Positions 53,281 through 61,738 of a DNA stretch of 64,000 bases are shown here, piece after piece. The notes under the pieces are model-generated. The model had not been told where the DNA came from. It was given only the letters and a program-made list of their open reading frames with translations, and ran no database searches. The position numbers were made by a program, and so were the translations under genes. Origin of the DNA: an uncultured Clostridium sp. (GTDB taxonomy: Bacteria; Bacillota; Clostridia; TANB77; CAG-508); contig URWN01000004.1 in the NCBI GenBank assembly GCA_900551615.1, forward strand, positions 10,494-74,493, given 5' to 3'. Numbering within the stretch: the stretch's first letter is position 1; each line of letters opens with the position of its first letter.

Positions 53281-54186
53281 TTATTTAAGTTTAAATTTGC
53301 TAACAATAGAATCATTATCAAGCCAATCATTTTTTACCTTTACCCATGTTTTTAAATTTATTTTTAAGCCAAAGTTTTGTTCCATGTCAATTCTTGCTGC
53401 TCTTCCTATTCTTTTTAACATTTCTCCGTTTTTTCCTATAATTATTCCTTTATGTGATTCTCTTAAGCAATAAATTGTAGCTTCTATATCGTATATATCT
53501 TCACCTTGTTTATTTTGTCTTAAATTCATTTTTTCAACTTCAACATAAATTCCATGTGGTACTTCATCTTGCAATAATTTTAATGCTTTTTCTCTTATTG
53601 TTTCTTCTGCTAATTGTCTTAATGTTTGGTCTGTATATTCTTCTATATCATAATATGCGGGACCTGGTTTTAGGTTCTTTTCAATTTCATCTAAAATAAT
53701 ATTTCTGTACTTTTCTTGATATGCTGAAATTGGTATAACTGCTGTAAAATTATATTCTTTGCTATATATATCTATTAAATTTAATAATTTTTCTCGTTTT
53801 ACCAAATCTATTTTATTTATTATCAATATTGTTTTTCTTTTTGATTCTTTTATTTTATCTAATATTATTCTATCACCTTTTCCAATATCATCACTTGTTG
53901 CTTCAATTAAAAACAATACTATATCTGAATCTGGTATTGTTGCAAATGATGTTTCTACCATTGTTTCATTTAGTTTATGTTTTGGTTTATGTATTCCTGG
54001 AGTATCTGTAAATATTATTTGTGAATTTTCTCTATTTACAATTCCTTTTATTGCAGTTCTTGTTGTCTGCACTTTATTTGCAATTGCTGCCACTTTTTCT
54101 CCTACTAGTAAATTTATTAATGTCGATTTTCCTACGTTTGTTCTTCCAATTATTGTTACAAATCCTGATTTAAACTCTTTTTCCAT
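53281..54186 (-). CDS. era: GTPase Era
   Basis: G1 GRTNVGKST, G3 DTPG, G4 NKID and a C-terminal KH domain (IIIGKNGEMLKRIG). Confidence 0.95.
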   Translation of the reverse strand: MEKEFKSGFVTIIGRTNVGKSTLINLLVGEKVAAIANKVQTTRTAIKGIVNRENSQIIFTDTPGIHKPKHKLNETMVETSFATIPDSDIVLFLIEATSDDIGKGDRIILDKIKESKRKTILIINKIDLVKREKLLNLIDIYSKEYNFTAVIPISAYQEKYRNIILDEIEKNLKPGPAYYDIEEYTDQTLRQLAEETIREKALKLLQDEVPHGIYVEVEKMNLRQNKQGEDIYDIEATIYCLRESHKGIIIGKNGEMLKRIGRAARIDMEQNFGLKINLKTWVKVKNDWLDNDSIVSKFKLK

Positions 54187-54210
54187 TTTTTATTTCCTCT
54201 CTCTCCAATA

Positions 54211-54250
54211 TGTCCAATAGGTGTCCAATAGGGACGGTTCTTTTTGGACA
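54211..54250. repeat. Palindromic element: half copy plus a 29-nt unit (reverse orientation)
   Basis: tgtccaatagg + tgtccaatagggacggttctttttggaca (54222-54250). The 29-mer is the exact reverse complement of 11112-11140 and 54448-54476. It lies directly upstream of the era RBS. Confidence 0.9.
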
Positions 54251-54447
54251 TTTATATTATACACCATTTTCATGCTAAATTTGTAGAATTTTTAAATTTT
54301 TTTATTTTTTTATTTTTTTATTTTATCATAATAACAAATATACTTAGTTTTAAAATATCTATTCAAAAAAAATCTAATATAAAAAAATAAAATAAATTAT
54401 TTTTTATATTAGATTTTTATACTAATTTTCCGTTTCTATTGAGTATT

Positions 54448-54476
54448 TGTCCAAAAAGAACCGTCCCTATTGGACA
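54448..54476. repeat. 29-nt palindromic element, exact copy
   Basis: tgtccaaaaagaaccgtccctattggaca abuts the stop codon of the GT4 gene. Confidence 0.9.
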
Positions 54477-55769
54477 TTATGCATAAGCATGTCTTTTTTT
54501 GAAATCCAATAAATTTGTAATTTCTTTTTCTGTATTTTTGGCTTTTTTTGTTTTCTTTGCTCTTTCTTGTTCAAGCTCTCTTTTTTGTTTTTCTGCCATT
54601 GATTGACAAATGGCTTTTTGATATGCAAAGTGTGTGTCTTGTGAAATTTTGCTCCAATTGTATTCGTTTCTAACTTTGTTTTTAGCTTTTTTTGTTATTT
54701 CTGCACAAAGTTTGTGGTCATATAATAATTCTAATATTGCATCCGCAATTGAATTTGGGTTACCACAATATGTTTTCATTCCATTTTCTTTGTGTTGTAC
54801 TATTTCGTTTAATCCTCCAATGTCTGACACTACAATTGGATTTTCTGAAAGCATTGCTTCTAGTGCTACTATTCCAAATGGTTCATATGTACTTGGAAAT
54901 ACTGATATATCTGCTGCTTTATACATTCTTTGTACGTCTTTTCCTGCCATATATCCTGCAAAATATACTTTTTCTCCTATACCCATTGCATTTACTTGTG
55001 CTTTTAATTCGTCTATCATTCCGCCTTTTCCACAAATCACAAGTTTTGCATCATGATATCCTTCTAATATTTTTGGCATTGCTGAAATTAAATATTGTAT
55101 ACCTTTTTCATATACTAATCTTCCCATGAATAATATTATTTTTTCATTATCCATTGCAAATTTTCTTCTAAAGTTATAATCTCTTTCTATTCCGTTGAAT
55201 AAATTCATATTTACACCATTTGGTATTACGTTTATTTTTTCGTATGGTAATCCAAATAGTCTTTGTAATTCGTTTTTCATGTAATTACTATTTACTATTA
55301 CTTCTGATGATTCATATGTTAACATCCATTCTGTGTCGTTTATGTATCTTTGTGTTTCATCATGTATACCGCTGTTTCTACCTGCTTCTGTTGCATGTAT
55401 TGTTGATACTATTGGTATATTATAAGAATTTTTTAATGTTTTTGCTGCATATGCGACAAGCCAATCGTGTGCGTGTATTACATCAAATTTTCCTTCTTTT
55501 GCTATTATTTCATTTGCTTTTGCTACAAGATTGAAGTTTAATTGCATTATCCAATCTATGAAGTTGTTTGGATTTATCATATAGTTGTTGACTCTATATA
55601 CTTTTACTCCTTTGTCATCTTCAAATTCTGGTGCATCTCCCTCTTTGTATGTAACTACTGTTACATCGTGTCCGTCTTTTAGTAATGTTCTTGATAAATC
55701 ATATACTACTCTTGATATTCCGCCTACTACTCTTGGTGGATACTCCCATGTTAACATTAAAATTTTCAT
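54477..55769 (-). CDS. GT4-family glycosyltransferase (glycogen/alpha-glucan-synthase-like) with a Lys-rich tail
   Basis: MKILMLTWEYPPRVVGGISRVV and EPFGIVALEAM......V.S..GGL.EIV. Start set to the ATG at 55769 (RBS AAAGGGAGAA). Confidence 0.85.
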   Translation of the reverse strand: MKILMLTWEYPPRVVGGISRVVYDLSRTLLKDGHDVTVVTYKEGDAPEFEDDKGVKVYRVNNYMINPNNFIDWIMQLNFNLVAKANEIIAKEGKFDVIHAHDWLVAYAAKTLKNSYNIPIVSTIHATEAGRNSGIHDETQRYINDTEWMLTYESSEVIVNSNYMKNELQRLFGLPYEKINVIPNGVNMNLFNGIERDYNFRRKFAMDNEKIILFMGRLVYEKGIQYLISAMPKILEGYHDAKLVICGKGGMIDELKAQVNAMGIGEKVYFAGYMAGKDVQRMYKAADISVFPSTYEPFGIVALEAMLSENPIVVSDIGGLNEIVQHKENGMKTYCGNPNSIADAILELLYDHKLCAEITKKAKNKVRNEYNWSKISQDTHFAYQKAICQSMAEKQKRELEQERAKKTKKAKNTEKEITNLLDFKKRHAYA

Positions 55770-55974
55770 TAATGATTCTCCCTTTCTCTCGCTTCGCTCG
55801 TTCATCGTCATCCAAAATTTTTCAAATTTTGTCTGCCAAATCTTGGGTTGCCTCGCACTAATTTTCTTTTGTTTTCGACATTTTTATTTATCGAATATAT
55901 TTTATACAAAATATTTGTAAAAGTAAATGCTTTTTTGTTATTTTTTCAAAAAAATTTCTATATTTATTTTTTAC

Positions 55975-56016
55975 TTATTAAAAAAAAATTTGGCTACTTT
56001 TAGTAACCAAATTTTT
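55975..56016 (-). terminator. rpmA terminator
   Basis: AATTTGGTTAC TAAAA GTAGCCAAATT followed by T9 on the minus strand. Confidence 0.7.
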
Positions 56017-56019
56017 AAA

Positions 56020-56280
56020 TTATGCTTCTACTGGGTAAACACTTACTTGTTTTTTGTCTCTACCTTTTCTTTCAAATTTTACAGTACCGTCTACTACTGC
56101 ATATAGTGTATCGTCACTACCTTTTTTAACGTTAACTCCTGGATATACTCTTGTTCCTCTTTGTCTAACTAATATATTTCCAGCTAAAACAAATTGTCCA
56201 TCTGCTCTTTTTACTCCAAGACGTTTTGATTCACTCTCACGTCCGTTGTGTGAACTACCTTGACCTTTTTTATGAGCCAT
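56020..56280 (-). CDS. rpmA: 50S ribosomal protein L27 (no N-terminal propeptide)
   Basis: [25 protein letters not shown] begins like proteobacterial L27. Confidence 0.95.
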   Translation of the reverse strand: MAHKKGQGSSHNGRESESKRLGVKRADGQFVLAGNILVRQRGTRVYPGVNVKKGSDDTLYAVVDGTVKFERKGRDKKQVSVYPVEA

Positions 56281-56363
56281 CTATCTCACTCCCTTCATTT
56301 CGTTCATGATAATTTTTATATATTCTCTTAATTAAAACCTTTTTTAATTAATTTATGTAGAAA

Positions 56364-56720
56364 CTATGCTTCTACTTTTTCTTCAGCTTTTGCTGCTGTT
56401 TTTCTTGCTGTTGATTTGATTGCTGTTATTTCAACTTTTGTGTATGGTTGTCTATGTCCTTGTTTTCTTCTGTAGTTCTTTTTAGCTTTCATTTTGAAAA
56501 CAATGATTTTTTTACCTTTTCCATGTGAAACAACTTTTCCTTCAACTTTCATACTTTTTACATAAGGATTTCCTACTTCTACTTTTCCTTCGTCTGATAC
56601 TAGGATTACTTTGTCAAAAGTAACTTTTTTTCCTTCTTCAGCGTCTAATTTTTCGAAGAATACTACATCTCCTTCTGCTACTTTGTATTGTTTTCCACAA
56701 CTTTCAATTACTGCGTACAT
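56364..56720 (-). CDS. rplU: 50S ribosomal protein L21
   Basis: [25 protein letters not shown] is canonical for L21. RBS GGGAGGTG. Confidence 0.95.
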   Translation of the reverse strand: MYAVIESCGKQYKVAEGDVVFFEKLDAEEGKKVTFDKVILVSDEGKVEVGNPYVKSMKVEGKVVSHGKGKKIIVFKMKAKKNYRRKQGHRQPYTKVEITAIKSTARKTAAKAEEKVEA

Positions 56721-56853
56721 TTAAAATGCACCTCCCTTATTTGTATACTCGCTAATCCTTTTGCTAAAGGTAACTAAATTTGATTAGTTTTTATGTACCT
56801 TGACTAAGCGGATTACAGTTATTTATTTTAACATTATTTTCCTTGCTTGTCAA
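56721..56853 (-). promoter_or_regulatory. rplU promoter (TTGACA-17-TAAAAT) plus a structured ~100-nt leader (candidate L21 leader)
   Basis: -35 at 56848-56853 and -10 at 56825-56830 on the minus strand. The leader can pair TAATCC-GCT..AAGGTA with TACCTT.AGC..GGATTA around an inner AACTAA/TTAGTT stem. Confidence 0.5.
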
Positions 56854-56946
56854 CTGGTTTTGATAATTTTCAGAAAAAAAGAGTAAATTCCGGAAATTTC
56901 ATTTGAAATTATAAAAATAATGATTCTTTAAACTTTCAAAATAGAA

Positions 56947-56976
56947 ATATGAAGAAGATATAAATCTTCTTCATAT
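56947..56976 (-). terminator. Terminator of the phosphatase-methyltransferase-oxidoreductase operon
   Basis: Perfect 13-bp stem atatgaagaagat/atcttcttcatat with a 4-nt loop, followed by TTCTATTTT on the minus strand. Confidence 0.7.
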
Positions 56977-56978
56977 CT

Positions 56979-57545
56979 CTATCTTTCAAAATCTTCTTCA
57001 ATTGCTTTATCTTTTTTTCTTGTATTATTATCATATTCAAGTACTTCACAATTTTTTAATTTATAATTATTGTAATTTCCATCTTTAGGTTCACCTTCAA
57101 AATAACATCTTACATATATGCTTACTCCAGCATGAGTTACAACCAATACATTTTTCCCTGCATACTTTTTTTCTAATTCATCAAAAAAATCTGTTATTCT
57201 ACCTCTAAAATCAGGTAATGATTCTATTCCTAATTTTTGTTCATTCTCATCTGTAAAATCAACCATATTTTCACATTCCGTTTTTAATTTGCCCTCTAAT
57301 TGGCCATTACATCTTTCGATTATTCTATTATCTATTTCAATTGGTTCATTTGTAATGATTTGTGCTGTTTCAAGAGCTCTTTTTAATGGGCTTGAAAACA
57401 CTTTATCAAATTCAATTCCTTCTAATTTTTCTTTTGTCTTTTTTGCTTGATTTTTTCCTTTCTCATTTAAAGGAATGTCGATCCTGCCTTGAAACCTTCC
57501 CTCTAAATTCCAATCTGTTTGTCCATGTCTTACAACATAAATCAT
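56979..57545 (-). CDS. Histidine phosphatase family protein (phosphoglycerate-mutase-like)
   Basis: IYVVRHGQTDWN (RHG motif) and a distal VVTHAG motif. Confidence 0.85.
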   Translation of the reverse strand: MIYVVRHGQTDWNLEGRFQGRIDIPLNEKGKNQAKKTKEKLEGIEFDKVFSSPLKRALETAQIITNEPIEIDNRIIERCNGQLEGKLKTECENMVDFTDENEQKLGIESLPDFRGRITDFFDELEKKYAGKNVLVVTHAGVSIYVRCYFEGEPKDGNYNNYKLKNCEVLEYDNNTRKKDKAIEEDFER

Positions 57546-57546
57546 T

Positions 57547-58221
57547 TTATTTTTCCTCCTTTTCTTTTAATACAAACACATATAATGCTATTGGTTTAAA
57601 TATTCTTTTTGGTTTCTTGCATATATCAATAAATCTTTTAAAAAATGTTTTATAATGATAGCCTGTTTCTTTAATAATTTCAGCATTGCTTTTATTAATT
57701 ATTTTTCTCCATTTGTTTCTTTTCATGAATCTTTCATTACCTAACATTTTCTTTTCAAAGTAAGGTGTTGGAACACTAAAAACACAAACATCTGATACTC
57801 TCAATTGTTCATTTATAATTGAAATAATCTCATCATCACTATAATGTTCCATAACCCCACTACTATGTGTTACTGAAAAAAATTTATTTTCAAATGGTAT
57901 ATTCCTAATATCACCTTGAAAAATATTTACTTCATTTTCAGGACTAACGTGTTTAGATAATTCTTTTGCCTGTTCAACCATTGCTTGTTCTAAGTCCATT
58001 GCATATGCTTTTACTCCTTTTGAAGCAAGATATGCAGAAAATTTGCCTGTTCCAGCACCACATTCCAAAACTGGCTTTTTTCCATCGTAATATTTTAATA
58101 CCTGATTTAAAAATTTCTTTTTTAATTTCATTTTAGTTTTAAAATATTCATCCCAATTTTTAAATTCTTTATTTATATAATTCTCATATAATTTATTCCA
58201 TTGATTATCTTTATTTTCCAT
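57547..58221 (-). CDS. Class I SAM-dependent methyltransferase
   Basis: Motif I VLECGAGTGKFS with the post-I acidic residue (YAMDLE). Confidence 0.8.
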   Translation of the reverse strand: MENKDNQWNKLYENYINKEFKNWDEYFKTKMKLKKKFLNQVLKYYDGKKPVLECGAGTGKFSAYLASKGVKAYAMDLEQAMVEQAKELSKHVSPENEVNIFQGDIRNIPFENKFFSVTHSSGVMEHYSDDEIISIINEQLRVSDVCVFSVPTPYFEKKMLGNERFMKRNKWRKIINKSNAEIIKETGYHYKTFFKRFIDICKKPKRIFKPIALYVFVLKEKEEK

Positions 58222-58233
58222 ACATATACCTCA

Positions 58234-59682
58234 TTAATCCTTATATTTTTCTTTTACTTCAATTTTACTTGTGCCTGATTTATAAATTAATGACATTATT
58301 TCTACAGACATTTTGTGATCTAAAATATTCGACTTTGTTTCCGTAGGCTTTCTCTTACCAATTACAACTTCTAAAAATTGTTTTAATGCTTCATGTCTCG
58401 CAAGTTCATTCATAACTTTTGTTTTATCTAAAGAATATCTTTCTGCTATATCTTTACCTTTTATAATTTGTAGTGTCTGACCTCTAACTATCTCACTATT
58501 TTTAAAAACATATATATCATAATGATTATTTCCACCTATTTCGAAATCACTTTCATTATTTATATCATGCTTATCTTTAGATTGATAAGAATGTATTTGA
58601 ATATTCTGTAAACAACCTTGCTCTATATTGTGATATTCATGTCTAACTCTGCCATTTCCTTTATAAAGGTCTTTCATATTAGAATTCAACCATGAACGAC
58701 GTGAAAAACCATTATGTATCAAATTTAATGTAATATTTGTAACTGGAATTCCATTATACGATAAAGAAATAATAGAATTAGCATCAACTTCTGCTTCATT
58801 TTTCTCCTTATATATTTTTAATAGTTCTTCATCTGTTCTGCAGTCAAGTTGTTTATATTCATACCCAAATATTTTTTCTAAATCTCTTTGATTTTGTTGT
58901 AATAGTACTCCTGATGGACGAATAAATTTTGAAAATACAGATATTTCATCAAAATTTTTATTAGCTTCTTTAAATGAATCTTTTACTATTTTTGATGCCA
59001 TATCTATAAAATGATATCCACTATGGGATACTTTTCCCCACCCTAGTAATGGATGATATTTGAATTTTAAAACTTCATCTGGCAATCTCCATTGTCCATC
59101 ACTATGTGTACTTTGCATTGAAGTGATTGGCATTCCGTACTTACTAGATATTTCATTTACCAAATCTTGAACAATTTGAAATTGTGGTAAAAATCTTCTT
59201 TGAGCATTTACTATAAAAGCTTTGTCTCCAGAATAGCTTTCTACTAACAATTCATAATCTTTTTTTAATTGTTCAGCTTGTTCAACATTATTAGAAATAT
59301 TATCATAAGTTGATATAGGTTTATCCATCAAAATATGCAAATTATGTTTTAATGCCCATAATGCATATTGCATATGGTTAAGTGGATCTGTTGCAATTAT
59401 AACAGAGTTAATATTTTCTTTAGCTATAATACTATTAAGTCTATTTTCCACTTTTTCTGGCAAACTTTGTTTAAAATTTTTTTCAAATTTGTCAACAAAA
59501 AAATAATTAATATTTTCAAAATATTTTGAAGCAAATGTTAAAATATCCTCTTGTTTTTCTTTTAATTCTACTATTGCTTTAAGTTTTATTCCAAATTCGC
59601 TTTCAATCTCTTTTAATTTCGGAACATACACTCTTTTTGCATGAGGTCCACACCCAATTAACATGATATTTGGTGTTTCCAT
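58234..59682 (-). CDS. Gfo/Idh/MocA-like NAD(P)-binding oxidoreductase, unusually long (482 aa)
   Basis: N-terminal IMLIGCGPHAKRVYVPKL Rossmann-type start, then ATDPLNH..YALWALKHNLHILMDKP, typical of the family. The C-terminal half is unrecognised. RBS GGAGGAG. Confidence 0.6.
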   Translation of the reverse strand: METPNIMLIGCGPHAKRVYVPKLKEIESEFGIKLKAIVELKEKQEDILTFASKYFENINYFFVDKFEKNFKQSLPEKVENRLNSIIAKENINSVIIATDPLNHMQYALWALKHNLHILMDKPISTYDNISNNVEQAEQLKKDYELLVESYSGDKAFIVNAQRRFLPQFQIVQDLVNEISSKYGMPITSMQSTHSDGQWRLPDEVLKFKYHPLLGWGKVSHSGYHFIDMASKIVKDSFKEANKNFDEISVFSKFIRPSGVLLQQNQRDLEKIFGYEYKQLDCRTDEELLKIYKEKNEAEVDANSIISLSYNGIPVTNITLNLIHNGFSRRSWLNSNMKDLYKGNGRVRHEYHNIEQGCLQNIQIHSYQSKDKHDINNESDFEIGGNNHYDIYVFKNSEIVRGQTLQIIKGKDIAERYSLDKTKVMNELARHEALKQFLEVVIGKRKPTETKSNILDHKMSVEIMSLIYKSGTSKIEVKEKYKD

Positions 59683-59769
59683 AAAACTCCTCCATTTTTT
59701 ACTAAAAATAACAATTCTATCTAATTATACTACTTATTTGCAAATTTTTCAACAGCTTTTGTTGTTTTG

Positions 59770-59798
59770 TTGACATAATTTTATTTTACTGATATAAT
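59770..59798 (+). promoter_or_regulatory. Consensus sigma-A promoter (TTGACA-17-TATAAT) of the radical SAM gene
   Basis: ttgaca taattttattttactga tataat, 63 nt upstream of the ATG. Confidence 0.6.
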
Positions 59799-59861
59799 AT
59801 ATACAATTCGGTAACAAATAATATTTTAAACCTGTCACTAAAATTTTATGGAGGTGCCATT

Positions 59862-60713
59862 ATGACTAGTAATGAAAAAAAGCATTATTCTATCGAAGAT
59901 CCAAATCATGTCGGAGAAGTGATTATATCTTGGATTATCACTCATTCTTGTCAAGAAAGATGTGGCTATTGTATTAGTCCTAAAAAGCGGAATGAAATAA
60001 CGACAAGAGAAGGCCATTTTATGGTACAAAATCAGTTAATCGAAACTGGTTTAACCAAGATGCGTTATATCGGTGGTGAACCCTTGTTAATTCCTCATCT
60101 TCCTGATCTGATTATTGATGCATACAATCGGGGACTTAATACAAGATTGAGTACAAATGGTATTCTTCTAACAGAAGAAATATTTGGAAAAATTAAAAAT
60201 CACTTAAACTCTATTGCATTTCCTTTCGAATCAGCTGAAGATGAATTAAACGAGAAGATTCGCTGTACCAAATGTCATCGTGATACTATCATTTCACGTA
60301 TCAAAATGGTTAAAAAAGCTGACGATATTGGTGTTCTCATAAACACTTGTGTTCATAAAGAGAACATTGATTATCTTGAAGACCTTGGTTCGCTTTTAAA
60401 TAACTTAGGAGTTGACCATTGGAAATTAAGACGTTTCAATTCAGCAAGCGGTAGAGGTGCTGTTCCTAACAAAAACCGATTTGATATCACAGACGAGGAA
60501 TTCTTCGCTAAAGTTGCTCAGTTACAAAAAATGTTTCCGAATCTTAAAATTGATGGAAGAATGCCTTCTAAATTAGCTACCCGTCTTATGGTTTCCCCTC
60601 AAGGAGATTTATATCGGATGATTGGTGCTGAAACAGAAGATGTTCACTATGGAAATATGTTGACTGACAATCTCAATATCAAAGAGATTTACGAAAAAGA
60701 TCACTGTAACTAA
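59862..60713 (+). CDS. Radical SAM enzyme, viperin-like architecture (candidate prokaryotic viperin)
   Basis: CX3CX2C (HSCQERCGYC). It is collinear with viperin blocks: IGGEPLL (SGGEPFL), LSTNGILL (IVSNGSLI), NSIAFPFESAEDE (LAISCDSFDEE), LINTCVHKEN (KINSVINRFN), HWKLRRF (RWKVFQ) and FDITDEEF (FVIGDEEF). 283 aa with no SPASM Cys cluster. RBS GGAGGTG. Confidence 0.6.
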   Translation: MTSNEKKHYSIEDPNHVGEVIISWIITHSCQERCGYCISPKKRNEITTREGHFMVQNQLIETGLTKMRYIGGEPLLIPHLPDLIIDAYNRGLNTRLSTNGILLTEEIFGKIKNHLNSIAFPFESAEDELNEKIRCTKCHRDTIISRIKMVKKADDIGVLINTCVHKENIDYLEDLGSLLNNLGVDHWKLRRFNSASGRGAVPNKNRFDITDEEFFAKVAQLQKMFPNLKIDGRMPSKLATRLMVSPQGDLYRMIGAETEDVHYGNMLTDNLNIKEIYEKDHCN

Positions 60714-60733
60714 TTTTAATCATTGCTACCGAA

Positions 60734-60774
60734 AAAGAAAGAATCACTGTATTGTGGTTCTTTCTTTATTTTTT
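60734..60774 (+). terminator. Terminator of the radical SAM gene
   Basis: aaagaaagaatcac tgtatt gtggttctttcttt gives 14 bp with one G-U pair, followed by ATTTTTT. Confidence 0.75.
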
Positions 60775-60917
60775 AAATAATATTCTAATATAAGTTCATC
60801 TCTTTTTATAACCATTCTTGAATTGTAAAGATTACTATATTTAGATGGAATTAATTTATCATAACATCAATTTTTTCAAAGAATGAAAAGTAGCAATGAA
60901 ATTTCATTTGTTTCATA

Positions 60918-61664
60918 CTATTTTTTTGCTCTTACAAATAAAAAATATGGTCTATCATATTGATTAATATATTTCGGAATAATTTTTATAGCTTTCTCAT
61001 CGGGTATTGGCTCTAAAATTTTATCAATTTTAAATCCTGAATTAACTAATCCATTTATTAAGCTGCTAAAATTTCTATGATATCTTTTTACCATGACACC
61101 GTTCCATTCTTTTTCTCTTATCCCTTCTCTATTATAGTCTGAGACAAGTAAAAACCACTTTCCGTTAATTTTTGTATAATTTTTTTTCATCCATGTTTCA
61201 AATTTACTTGCTATTCTTAATGGATGATCTATTGAAAAAATTAATATTCCATCATCATTTAGTAAATTATATATATCATTTATTAACTTTTCATAATCTT
61301 TAACATAATGAAATGCTAATGATGAAATAACAATATCAAATTTTTCTTCAATTTCATTAATATTTTCCATCGCCATTACTTTATATTTTATATTTTCATC
61401 ATTATTGTTTTCTTTTGCTATTTTTATCATATGTTTAGAAATATCAATTCCCAAAATTTCTTTTGCTCCTAGTCCTATGCAATACTTATCATTTTCTCCA
61501 TATCCACAACCCAAGTCAAGAATTCTTTTCCCTTTAACATCAGGTATTAGTTTTCTAAAATTAGGTATTTCAACTAAATCATTTGCATTCATTCCCTTGT
61601 TTTCATATCTCATTTTGTCATATGCATCTGAAAAACTTTTAATATCATATATATTTTGTTTCAT
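60918..61664 (-). CDS. Class I SAM-dependent methyltransferase (Methyltransf_11-like)
   Basis: Motif I ILDLGCGYGEN, GIDIS and DIVISSLAFHYV. Confidence 0.8.
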   Translation of the reverse strand: MKQNIYDIKSFSDAYDKMRYENKGMNANDLVEIPNFRKLIPDVKGKRILDLGCGYGENDKYCIGLGAKEILGIDISKHMIKIAKENNNDENIKYKVMAMENINEIEEKFDIVISSLAFHYVKDYEKLINDIYNLLNDDGILIFSIDHPLRIASKFETWMKKNYTKINGKWFLLVSDYNREGIREKEWNGVMVKRYHRNFSSLINGLVNSGFKIDKILEPIPDEKAIKIIPKYINQYDRPYFLFVRAKK

Positions 61665-61738
61665 AAAATTTCTACTCCTATTTTATTATATTACTATATC
61701 ACTTTATCTTATGAATTAAAATAGAACTAATCCATTTT

